Origin: a virus
Reading direction: 5' to 3' (one strand)
Virus record (IMG/VR): IMGVR_UViG_3300042534_000747
Length of the DNA stretch: 64,000 nucleotides
The notes beneath the pieces were generated by a model. It had not been told where the DNA came from, did no database searches, and was given only the letters and a program-made list of their open reading frames with translations. Positions 9,654 to 18,129 of the stretch are shown here, piece by piece. Position 1 is the stretch's first letter, and every line of letters starts with the position of its first letter. Made by a program: the position numbers and the translations under genes.

Positions 9654-9693
9654 TTAATTACTCCAATAAGGGATTATTTCAATTTTTATTCAT
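9654..9693 (-). pseudogene. Deletion scar of a P[YF]W-family gene (IIPYWSN* remnant)
   Basis: 9658-9681 is identical to 12505-12528, the 3' end of gene 12501..13118. Confidence 0.65.
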
Positions 9694-10109
9694 CATATCC
9701 AGTAGGGTTTTTCAGTATTGATTTCTTTATAGTTGTTTATATGAGTGGAATTTAAGCCATATAGAGCATCATGAAGGTCTGTTGATGATACAGTGTATGT
9801 ATTGTAGTCATTTTCAACTGAACTTATAATGGAAAGTATGTTTAGTTCAATTTTTGTGATTAGTTCATTTTTCAATTGGGTTGAATTTCCAGCAGCATTA
9901 TTTTTTGAATCTTCATACCAATATTGCATTATTTCAATATCTTTAGTTGAAAATTGAATACCATATGTTGTGTTATTTGATTTTGCAATAATAGATATTG
10001 AATATGGAAATTTATTAATTTTTAAACTTGTGTTTTCAGATTTGTATAAGCAAGCTTCACTTTTGTCATATTCAATTAATTTTCTAAGTTGTTCTTTAAA
10101 TTCATTCAT
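9693..10109 (-). CDS. P[YF]W-tail family protein (ends KPYWI)
   Basis: C-terminal motif and shared blocks. Confidence 0.75.
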   Translation of the reverse strand: MNEFKEQLRKLIEYDKSEACLYKSENTSLKINKFPYSISIIAKSNNTTYGIQFSTKDIEIMQYWYEDSKNNAAGNSTQLKNELITKIELNILSIISSVENDYNTYTVSSTDLHDALYGLNSTHINNYKEINTEKPYWI

Positions 10110-10114
10110 TGTTT

Positions 10115-10555
10115 TTACATCCAGTAGGGTTTAAGGTTATCTTCTTCTTCTTTAAAATCTTCTACAAATTTTTGTAAATGTATCTCGTCTGCTTCATCAT
10201 AATTAAATCTATAAAAATAATTGAATGTTGCATCATAGTATAGGTGCTTATTTTCAATTGCATTGAGGGTTTTTAAAATTGATTTTTTAATATGGTTTAT
10301 TACGGACTTTTTAAGATGTTCTTTACTGCCTTTGACTTCAATAGAAGTATGGTTAAACCAATATTTTGTTATTGTTTTAGTTTCGATATCAATTTCAACA
10401 CCATAATATATTGAATTGATTTTGGCATTAACTACAAAATTGATTGGATATTTAAGAATTTCAAAGCTGTAATCATCATAAGTAGTTTCATAATAAATGT
10501 GCTCATATCTATCATTTTCAATGAGTTTTAGCATTTGTTTTTTAAAATTTTTCAT
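10115..10555 (-). CDS. P[YF]W-tail family protein (ends KPYWM)
   Basis: C-terminal motif; own TATA upstream. Confidence 0.75.
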   Translation of the reverse strand: MKNFKKQMLKLIENDRYEHIYYETTYDDYSFEILKYPINFVVNAKINSIYYGVEIDIETKTITKYWFNHTSIEVKGSKEHLKKSVINHIKKSILKTLNAIENKHLYYDATFNYFYRFNYDEADEIHLQKFVEDFKEEEDNLKPYWM

Positions 10556-10627
10556 TTTTTACCTCATGTGTGAGTAATACAATATATGGTTATTCTAATA
10601 TTTAAATGTTTGTTAAAAAAGAAAAAA

Positions 10628-11086
10628 TTAATGGGATTCTATGGAGGTAATTGATTCATTTATTACATTTATAGAATTTTCAATATCATGTTTTTGTATT
10701 AAAAGTTTTTTTACTATGTCTTTTTTTACATTTTTTATGATATATTCAGTTGTTAAAAGATTGGCATGTGCATGATTTTCTACAAATATATTTTTTGAAT
10801 TATTGATTCTATAACTGAGTGAATATTCTCTAATTCCATTTGAATAGAATTCTTTTGTTTCAAAATTATATTTGTATGCAATTACCGATTCTATTAAAAT
10901 ATCGACAGACATATTACCGAATTGTTCAGTAAAAGTTATCATATTTTCATACATATACAATTGTTTTTTAAAGCCATTTATGAGAAAACTTAAAGTAAAT
11001 GAACTTATATGTTTATTTGCAATTTTTTCTTTTACAATTTTATCATAATCGCTATTTTCAAGTATTTCTTTAATTTCTGAATTCAT
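10628..11086 (-). CDS. Hypothetical protein, N-terminus like the P[YF]W family but without the tail
   Basis: MNSEIKEILENSDYD; TTGTAGGTGA leader and dyad. Confidence 0.7.
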   Translation of the reverse strand: MNSEIKEILENSDYDKIVKEKIANKHISSFTLSFLINGFKKQLYMYENMITFTEQFGNMSVDILIESVIAYKYNFETKEFYSNGIREYSLSYRINNSKNIFVENHAHANLLTTEYIIKNVKKDIVKKLLIQKHDIENSINVINESITSIESH

Positions 11087-11164
11087 TGTAATTCACCTAC
11101 AATGAAGTAGTAGGGTGTTATTGTATTTAAGTGTTTGTTAAAAAAAGGAAATTAAAAAGGTTGT

Positions 11165-11608
11165 TTAAATTACCCAATAAGGAATTATTGTGCTATGTTT
11201 TATTATGGAATTAGAATATGCTTGCATTGTGTTTTTAGTATCTTGATTGATGTCATTTGAACTAGAATATTCTAAAATAGTATCAACTATTTTGTTAACG
11301 TTAAGTCCATGAGTATCTATAAGATTTTTTGTATCAAGGATTATTTTTTCAATGAGAGAAATAATTTCAGGATTAATTAATGAAGGGTTTCCTTCAGCGT
11401 GAATAGGGTATTTTTGGCATTCTACTCTGATGTATTCAAGATTGTTTGACCAAATACTTACATAACATTTGTTTTCTTCAATTATTTCAATTGATTTGAA
11501 TGATGGAGAAAAATGTAATGTTTTAAATTGAAGAGAGGGATTTTCATTTATGAAGTATGTATGACTTTCTGACATTTTGTTAAATAAATTTATAATTTCT
11601 GAATTCAT
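11165..11608 (-). CDS. P[YF]W-tail family protein (ends IIPYWVI)
   Basis: C-terminal motif; EGNPSLINPEII block. Confidence 0.75.
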   Translation of the reverse strand: MNSEIINLFNKMSESHTYFINENPSLQFKTLHFSPSFKSIEIIEENKCYVSIWSNNLEYIRVECQKYPIHAEGNPSLINPEIISLIEKIILDTKNLIDTHGLNVNKIVDTILEYSSSNDINQDTKNTMQAYSNSIIKHSTIIPYWVI

Positions 11609-11679
11609 TTTGATTACCTGTAAGGTAGTAGTAGGTGTTTATGATATATAAATGATTGTAAAAAAAAGAATGAATGAAA

Positions 11680-11979
11680 TTAATATCCATAATAAATAAG
11701 TATCATTAAAAATATTAATGCAGATATTATGAAATTAATTAAATCAAAATTTGAAGATGGTATGTTATTTTCTGGTTTATTTTCTTTAGATTTAATTAAC
11801 ATAGCATTGTATGAAAAATCCATTCCTACTAATATGATATTTATTAGCATATAAATTGAAACAAGGATAATTGTAATTATTGGTAATATTTTAAAAGTAA
11901 AATTATTTATTAATATTACAAATGAAAAGATTATCAATATCAATGTTATTACTTGATTAAATGTTTTATAATAATTCAT
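11680..11979 (-). CDS. Small 3-TM membrane protein
   Basis: Hydrophobicity pattern. Confidence 0.65.
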   Translation of the reverse strand: MNYYKTFNQVITLILIIFSFVILINNFTFKILPIITIILVSIYMLINIILVGMDFSYNAMLIKSKENKPENNIPSSNFDLINFIISALIFLMILIYYGY

Positions 11980-12082
11980 TTTTTATACCTATTTTTATAT
12001 TGCCAATATAATGATATTATGTTAAAGTATTTAAGTATATTGATAAAAAGGAAATTATAATGTTTCATAATGGTATAAAAAA

Positions 12083-12499
12083 TTAAATCCAGAAAGGTGT
12101 TAGCTTTCCAGATTCTTTGAAGGATGATTCAAGGGTTTGGAGGTCTGTTTTGTTATTGAATCCATTTGCAAATTCAAGGGAGTGTTCATAATTGAGTGGT
12201 TCTTTTTCAATATGGTTGATTATTGAAAGGATTGACTTTTTAATCACTTTTAGGGATTTAGGATTATAGCATTCTGGTGAGCCAGTACCATTATATTCTA
12301 ATGTAGATATATCAAATGTTATTGTAATACCTGCTTCAGTGAACATTTCAAATGTTGTTTTTTCATTTGAAAATTTCCACATTGGATTATCATGTATATC
12401 ATAAACTCTCATATTATATTTTTTATCTTCAGATTGATAAGATATATCATCATATGGAGATTTTGATATGATGTCTGATATAATTTCATCAAATTTCAT
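12083..12499 (-). CDS. P[YF]W-tail family protein (ends LTPFWI)
   Basis: C-terminal motif and shared blocks. Confidence 0.75.
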   Translation of the reverse strand: MKFDEIISDIISKSPYDDISYQSEDKKYNMRVYDIHDNPMWKFSNEKTTFEMFTEAGITITFDISTLEYNGTGSPECYNPKSLKVIKKSILSIINHIEKEPLNYEHSLEFANGFNNKTDLQTLESSFKESGKLTPFWI

Positions 12500-12500
12500 T

Positions 12501-13118
12501 TTACTTACTCCAATAAGGGATTATTTCATTAATTTTTTTGTCATTGAGCATTGTTTCAATTTCTGAAATTTTGTCATTGATTATGGCATTGTCTTGTGAA
12601 TTATGAATAATGATAGCACGTTTTAAAGTTTTTACATGATGCATTATTGTTTCATCTTCAGGTACAATATCATTAAGCATTGATTCTATTACAGATTCAT
12701 ATTTTCTTATTAGTTCAGTATCAATTGATTTTTGAATATATACACATCTAGCTAAAAGACTAATTTTTGACATTATGGTTCTAATTGATACTATTCCATT
12801 TATATCTATGAGATTTTTAAATTCTGTAATTTTATCAAGTACATAATAATAAATTTCATCTGTGGTGAAGCATGTACTTCCTTCATAATATTTTCCATCT
12901 TTTATATAACGAATTTTTTGCACTTCATTGTTATGTATTAGTATTTCACATCCATAATCAGATTCATTATCAGCCATTTCAAAGCTAACCCAATCATTTT
13001 CTTGACCTGATACATAAGTGCTAAACCAACATTCATTGAAGCCTTTAATGTAATAGTGATAGCTTTCTTTTGTTATATTTGCAAGAGCTATAATTTCATC
13101 TAGTTTTTTATCATTCAT
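12501..13118 (-). CDS. P[YF]W-tail family protein, longer form (ends IIPYWSK)
   Basis: C-terminal motif; YYEGS block. Confidence 0.75.
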   Translation of the reverse strand: MNDKKLDEIIALANITKESYHYYIKGFNECWFSTYVSGQENDWVSFEMADNESDYGCEILIHNNEVQKIRYIKDGKYYEGSTCFTTDEIYYYVLDKITEFKNLIDINGIVSIRTIMSKISLLARCVYIQKSIDTELIRKYESVIESMLNDIVPEDETIMHHVKTLKRAIIIHNSQDNAIINDKISEIETMLNDKKINEIIPYWSK

Positions 13119-13122
13119 TTAA

Positions 13123-13560
13123 TCAAATCCAGAAGGGTATTAAACAATTATGTTTTTTGTATGTTTCTTCAAGTTCAAGAATTTTATCTGGTTGTTGATA
13201 AGCTTTTAGATATTCATATGTATGTGCAAAGTCAAGATTATTATTTGGATTTTCAAATATTTCAATTACTTCTAAGATTGAATTGATAATTTTTTCAATG
13301 TATTCAGGTTTAAAAGCATTCATAGTTCCTTCACTGCAATATGTTGACCAATCACAGTATTCAAAATTTTGCAATTCTCTATTTTTAATTGATACTGCAT
13401 ATTTTATTTTATCAATTTGCACTTCAATACGTGAATTATAACTAAATCGTATGTAGTAATCTTGATTCAATATTTTATAAGAAATGTAGTCATATTTTGA
13501 TTTTTCAAGTATGTTCAATATTCTTGTTTTGAATTGTTCAATGTTCATTATTTCACCCAA
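13123..13560 (-). CDS. P[YF]W-tail family protein (ends LIPFWI)
   Basis: C-terminal motif; SEGTMNAFKPEYI block. Confidence 0.75.
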   Translation of the reverse strand: MGEIMNIEQFKTRILNILEKSKYDYISYKILNQDYYIRFSYNSRIEVQIDKIKYAVSIKNRELQNFEYCDWSTYCSEGTMNAFKPEYIEKIINSILEVIEIFENPNNNLDFAHTYEYLKAYQQPDKILELEETYKKHNCLIPFWI

Positions 13561-14066
13561 TAAGGAATTATTTTTTTGTTAAGGTTTATATCATCAATTA
13601 GTGATTCTAATGTTTTTGAAAGTTTGTTATAATTTACAATTTGGCATTCTGTAAATTCATTAGTAATATTATTAATTTTGTTCCATGCAATAGTATAATT
13701 TATATCTGACATATCATGATTGATTCTTTTAAGAGTTTTACTAATGTTAATTTCTTCAGATTCAATGTTTAAAGTGGTTTTGATGATTGTTTCCATTATT
13801 TCTTTAATTACTATGGGATTACAAATATTATAATCACCTTCAAAATAAATATCATTTTGAATTATTCTTGCAATTGTAAAATTATTGTCTTTCATGTTTA
13901 AGGAACAATTTAATTCATTTGTTTTATCAACAATTTCAATGTATTTGGTATTGTCTTTAGAATAAGTTCCATAATAGATACCTGAATTTGAGTAATAATT
14001 GTATTCTGCATCTGTTTTGTCAAAAAGGTCACGTATTTTAGATTTTATTTCATTCATTAATTTCAC
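13548..14066 (-). CDS. P[YF]W-tail family protein (ends IIPYWVK)
   Basis: C-terminal motif; YFEGDYNICNPIVI block. Confidence 0.75.
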   Translation of the reverse strand: MKLMNEIKSKIRDLFDKTDAEYNYYSNSGIYYGTYSKDNTKYIEIVDKTNELNCSLNMKDNNFTIARIIQNDIYFEGDYNICNPIVIKEIMETIIKTTLNIESEEINISKTLKRINHDMSDINYTIAWNKINNITNEFTECQIVNYNKLSKTLESLIDDINLNKKIIPYWVK

Positions 14067-14109
14067 CTAAATGAGTATTTTACATTACAATAAATGGTAA
14101 GTATAGTAT

Positions 14110-14301
14110 TTAAATGTTTGCTAAATTTATACGTTCAAAATTATATTTGATTATATGGGATGTTCCTATGATAAATAAGTAAATGTATAAACATATAATT
14201 CCTAAATCTGTATTATTTGCCATTATTTGTGCAAGACCAATCAATCCTATTATAAATCCTATTAATTCATAAAAAAATAAAATAATTGTATATGTTTTCA
14301 T
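14110..14301 (-). CDS. Small 2-TM membrane protein
   Basis: Two hydrophobic segments. Confidence 0.6.
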   Translation of the reverse strand: MKTYTIILFFYELIGFIIGLIGLAQIMANNTDLGIICLYIYLFIIGTSHIIKYNFERINLANI

Positions 14302-14306
14302 TATTT

Positions 14307-14624
14307 TTACCTGTAATTTATAAAAACAAGTGTTATTGAATTTATTATGAATATAGTAAATGCAATTGTAAACTTTATTGAATCTTCAACTGTATAATTT
14401 AAATTTATATTTTTTATACTTTTTTGAGTATATTTTTTCATTAGACTATAATACAAAATTTCATCTGCTTTATACAAATACCATAATCCATAAATTAGAA
14501 AAATAATACTTGCAATTAAATGTATGTTAAAAGATATTTCGGTAACAAAATATCCTGCTATAAATGAAGATAAAAAATAAAATATTGCAGTTAAATGTTC
14601 TATAATTATTTTTTTAATATCCAT
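14307..14624 (-). CDS. Small 3-TM membrane protein
   Basis: Hydrophobicity pattern. Confidence 0.65.
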   Translation of the reverse strand: MDIKKIIIEHLTAIFYFLSSFIAGYFVTEISFNIHLIASIIFLIYGLWYLYKADEILYYSLMKKYTQKSIKNINLNYTVEDSIKFTIAFTIFIINSITLVFINYR

Positions 14625-14933
14625 TTAAATCACCATTAAAATGGTTAATATTGTAATTGATATGAAGCTAATTATTGCTAAAATTAATGTAATATAATCA
14701 TATAGTTGGCATTCTATGTTTATATCTTCAGTTTTTGATTTTTTATTAATTTCAATTGATTCTCTGAAGAAATAAAGAGATGCAAATATACATGCAAGCA
14801 AGGGTAGTAGAATGAATATTGAAGAATTATGTATGTAAATGTTAATGTATTCTATGACAGTTAGCATAAATAATGCAGAAATTAGTTTAGTTATTATTAT
14901 TTTATTCATTTTGTTCACCTGATAATGTTTCAA
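14625..14933 (-). CDS. Small 3-TM membrane protein (start probably at the MNK coupled to the upstream stop)
   Basis: Hydrophobicity pattern. Confidence 0.65.
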   Translation of the reverse strand: MKHYQVNKMNKIIITKLISALFMLTVIEYINIYIHNSSIFILLPLLACIFASLYFFRESIEINKKSKTEDINIECQLYDYITLILAIISFISITILTILMVI

Positions 14934-15147
14934 TTATATGTTTAGCAATTTGATTAGCTAATTTATCATAGATTTTTTGAGCTTGCTTTGAAGAGATTAA
15001 ATTTGAAAGTATCAATGTGTGGACTGCTTTTCTTTTATGTTCAATATCATCAATAAATTCATTTTTGTAATTCAAGTTAAGTTCATCCAATTGTTTTGAT
15101 AGTTTTGGAGAAAAATAGCCCATGTTTATACTGATTGTTTGTTCCAA
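14902..15147 (-). CDS. Small helical hypothetical protein
   Basis: Open frame in operon; ISINMGYFSPKLSKQL. Confidence 0.65.
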   Translation of the reverse strand: MEQTISINMGYFSPKLSKQLDELNLNYKNEFIDDIEHKRKAVHTLILSNLISSKQAQKIYDKLANQIAKHIIETLSGEQNE

Positions 15148-15152
15148 TTAAA

Positions 15153-15470
15153 TCATCCCATTATTAGAATTTTTATAAATACTAATCCAAATACAAATAT
15201 TATAGAAAATATGTATAAAATTGTTGTAGATTTATCTACTTTAATATCTTTAATTTCATAAGTTTCATCTAATTCAGCGTTCTTTTGTTCATATTTTATA
15301 TTAATATAACATATAATTGCTATAATTGCATATATTAATGAACTAAGGAAAAACAAAAATGGAATTAACAAATAAATATGTTCATTTTCAAATAAATCAT
15401 TTGATAAATAAGTACATATAAATAAATTTAATGAAAGCATTAAAGAAATTTTAAATAGACTGTTTTTCAT
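15153..15470 (-). CDS. Small 3-TM membrane protein
   Basis: Hydrophobicity pattern; own TATA. Confidence 0.65.
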   Translation of the reverse strand: MKNSLFKISLMLSLNLFICTYLSNDLFENEHIYLLIPFLFFLSSLIYAIIAIICYINIKYEQKNAELDETYEIKDIKVDKSTTILYIFSIIFVFGLVFIKILIMG

Positions 15471-15542
15471 TTATCATTACCTCATAAATTATATGTAATG
15501 GATGGTGTTGATAATATTTAAGTGTTTGGTAAAAAAGAAAAG

Positions 15543-15953
15543 TTAATTAAATGCTTCTTTATCAAGGAAAGATTTAATTTTCAAAGTTGAAATTAAATAT
15601 AATGGGAATAATATGTATACAATAATTATGTATGTAAGTGAAAATAATATTAACATTGTTAATATGAATATTCCACCAATAAGACATGATGTAATTGCCA
15701 CTTTTAAAAAATGTAATAGAATTTCAGATTTTATATATGGAGAAGTGGAATTTACAAAAATTGGTAATATTTCACCTTTTGTAATAAATAATCCTGTTAT
15801 AAATACAATAAGAGTAGTTATTATTTGATATTGTATTAGTCTTACTAATTTTTCAGGTAAAATAAAGATTTTTGAAATTAGCAATTTTATTATATCTCTA
15901 TTTGTTGGATTTGTTTTATTTAATTGTTTGCAACACCATGATTTGAAGGACAT
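15543..15953 (-). CDS. Membrane protein
   Basis: Two long hydrophobic segments; ACGGTGA RBS. Confidence 0.65.
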   Translation of the reverse strand: MSFKSWCCKQLNKTNPTNRDIIKLLISKIFILPEKLVRLIQYQIITTLIVFITGLFITKGEILPIFVNSTSPYIKSEILLHFLKVAITSCLIGGIFILTMLILFSLTYIIIVYILFPLYLISTLKIKSFLDKEAFN

Positions 15954-15966
15954 TTTATCACCGTTT

Positions 15967-16233
15967 TCAAAGTATTATAAAAACTATGTATAATGCTATA
16001 ATTGTTACAATAAAATCATTAAATAGTATAACAAGAGTGATTGTTCTGTTTACACGTTTAACATCTGTTAATTTTATTAAATTCATTAAATTGAGTATGA
16101 AACATGAGCCATATAAGAAAATAAATACATACATCATTATTTGAAAAGATTGCAACATTATTGCTGATTTTATAGTTATTGCTAAATACGCAATTGTTGA
16201 AAATACACTTAAATATATAGAATCGAATTTCAT
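15967..16233 (-). CDS. Small 3-TM membrane protein
   Basis: Hydrophobicity pattern; own TATA. Confidence 0.65.
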   Translation of the reverse strand: MKFDSIYLSVFSTIAYLAITIKSAIMLQSFQIMMYVFIFLYGSCFILNLMNLIKLTDVKRVNRTITLVILFNDFIVTIIALYIVFIIL

Positions 16234-16285
16234 AATATAATTGATGTTCTTTATAATATTTAAATGTTTGTGAAAAAAGGAAAAA

Positions 16286-16633
16286 TTAAATTAATTTAAT
16301 TAAAAATAGTGATAATGTTAATAGTCCAACTGACGTTAATAAAATTGTTATATCTCCTTTTATTATATTTATAGGTATTTCATTACACAATATAAGGGTT
16401 ATTGCAAAAATATTGAATAGAACTCCTAATAAATATAATGAAGATAGGAATATGATAACTAAATTATTTGTATAAAAAATATATGCCATTTTTATTAATG
16501 ACATGTAAATAAAAATATTGAAAATGTATAGATATTCTTTTTTGATTATATTATTGTAATTCATGAATTGCTCATAAAGATATATAATTATATATAAATA
16601 TATGCTTTTAGAAAATATCTTTGTTATCAACAA
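16286..16633 (-). CDS. Small membrane protein (true start likely downstream)
   Basis: Hydrophobic C-terminal two thirds. Confidence 0.5.
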   Translation of the reverse strand: MLITKIFSKSIYLYIIIYLYEQFMNYNNIIKKEYLYIFNIFIYMSLIKMAYIFYTNNLVIIFLSSLYLLGVLFNIFAITLILCNEIPINIIKGDITILLTSVGLLTLSLFLIKLI

Positions 16634-17258
16634 TATCCATTATTTTTGTTGGGTAATTATTCCAATTTATAATAGTTGCATTTGGTTTATATTTGTTTAT
16701 CCAGTCAAATAATTTATTTATTTGAGCAGTGGTTAATCTTCTATTAAATCCCCATGTAAGATAAAACCATTCACCATGTGATAATTTCATCCATCCTAGA
16801 CTTTCAATTGTCATTTCAGAATCATCTAATTTTATAATACCTTCAATATTTATTAATTCATCTAATATTTCATTTGCTAATGCTCTATGTTGCATTTTAT
16901 CACAAATGTAAACAACACCTGAAGGAGATACCCATGCATTATTAGAATTTGATGAAAAATTATTGTCAATAATGAATTCTACATTTTTATTCATTATATC
17001 ATTATAGTTATATGCAAGTTTTTTACCTAGATATGTTTCTACATTTTTCTTTAAAATATTAAATTCGATATTTGCATTTATCATATCTTTTATTGAAATT
17101 AATTCTTTAATGAATTCAATTTGATTTATGAAATCACTAGATAAAAGTGAACCATCTCTTAAATTTGGTTTTTCAACTAAAATATTTGCATAACTCATAA
17201 CTGATACATTTTCATCTAGTAAATCATCGATAAACATTATAATTTCTTCTTTTGTCAT
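16608..17258 (-). CDS. Hypothetical protein with WVSPSG..H..LGWMK motif
   Basis: Pattern recalled from uncharacterised phage proteins; TGTAGGT leader. Confidence 0.65.
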   Translation of the reverse strand: MTKEEIIMFIDDLLDENVSVMSYANILVEKPNLRDGSLLSSDFINQIEFIKELISIKDMINANIEFNILKKNVETYLGKKLAYNYNDIMNKNVEFIIDNNFSSNSNNAWVSPSGVVYICDKMQHRALANEILDELINIEGIIKLDDSEMTIESLGWMKLSHGEWFYLTWGFNRRLTTAQINKLFDWINKYKPNATIINWNNYPTKIMDIVDNKDIF

Positions 17259-17362
17259 TAATTTATACCTACATTACAGTAATTAGTTGTTATTATATTT
17301 AAATGTTTGCTAAAATTGGCATTATGACTTATAAAATAAAAATATAAGTAAAAAAGATAATA

Positions 17363-17435
17363 CGCCTACAACAGGGCTTGAACCTGTGACATCCTGATTA
17401 ACAGTCAGGCACTCTACCAACTGAGTTATGTAAGC
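17363..17435 (-). tRNA. trnN: tRNA-Asn(GTT), CCA not encoded
   Basis: Cloverleaf GCTTACA..CTGACT-GTT-AATCAGG..GGTTCAAGCCC..TGTAGGC-G. Confidence 0.95.
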
Positions 17436-17443
17436 ATCTTGAA

Positions 17444-17516
17444 AGCTCTTGAAGGGATTTGAACCCTCGATTTGTGGTTTACAAAACCACCGCTATAGCC
17501 ACTAAGCTACAAGAGC
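17444..17516 (-). tRNA. trnT: tRNA-Thr(TGT), CCA not encoded
   Basis: GCTCTTG acceptor, GTGGT-TT-TGT-AA-ACCAC anticodon arm, GGTTCAAATCC. Confidence 0.95.
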
Positions 17517-17525
17517 ATATTTGAA

Positions 17526-17599
17526 ATTCCCTTCATACTTGCAAATTCAATATTGGGAGATTGGATAATATACATACGATACTGCAAATATGAAGGAAT
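17526..17599 (-). ncRNA. tRNA-sized hairpin inside the tRNA operon
   Basis: 17-bp stem (one bulge, one G-U on the - strand), 39-nt loop, between tRNA-Gly and tRNA-Thr. Confidence 0.45.
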
Positions 17600-17669
17600 G
17601 CATAATAAGGGATTTGAACCCCTGCTAAATGGTTGGAAACCACTTATGCTACCATTACATCAATTATGC
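17599..17669 (-). tRNA. trnG: tRNA-Gly(TCC), CCA not encoded
   Basis: GCATAAT acceptor, AGTGG-TT-TCC-AA-CCATT, GGTTCAAATCC. Confidence 0.93.
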
Positions 17670-17676
17670 AAATTTA

Positions 17677-17750
17677 CGCACCTGAAGGGATTTGAACCCC
17701 TGACCACTGGATTAAAAGTCCAACGCTCTGCCTGACTGAGCCACAGGTGC
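17677..17750 (-). tRNA. trnK: tRNA-Lys(TTT), CCA not encoded
   Basis: GCACCTG acceptor, TTGGA-CT-TTT-AA-TCCAG, GGTTCAAATCC. Confidence 0.95.
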
Positions 17751-17757
17751 TTGTTGT

Positions 17758-18071
17758 TTGAGCAATACCATACATATACTTCATAGTATTTATAGTTAAT
17801 GGATGAGTGGTAGTTTTTAGTGTATTCCTATAGACTATGGGTACTATAAGCTAGCTATATATAGGCTTTTTTCTAATAAAGTGTAAGTAAAAATATGGGA
17901 TAAAATGATAGCAGTAGTCATTTTTTGATTGATTATTGGAAAATCTATTATTTAGACTGTTCACAATGTGAATAGGATGTGGGTGGAATCATTTTATATT
18001 TTTTTAATAGGTTAGACGTTTTTCATATAGGGATATACTGATGGTGAAAAAACAGATTTAGTTGTCAGTAG
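17758..18071. repeat. Copy A of a ~310 bp non-coding module upstream of the tRNA locus
   Basis: 57-bp (17823-17879) and 36-bp (18036-18071) blocks identical to 44705-44761 and 44906-44941; 30-bp block with one mismatch. Confidence 0.9.
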
Positions 18072-18129
18072 AAGGAATTATTATTTTTAAATAGATTTAA
18101 ATAATAGAACATACATTGGTTGTATTATT

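Noticed and set aside
7624-14066. Diversity-generating retroelement behind the paralog variation
   Set aside because: No reverse transcriptase and no template/variable repeat pair with adenine-specific differences
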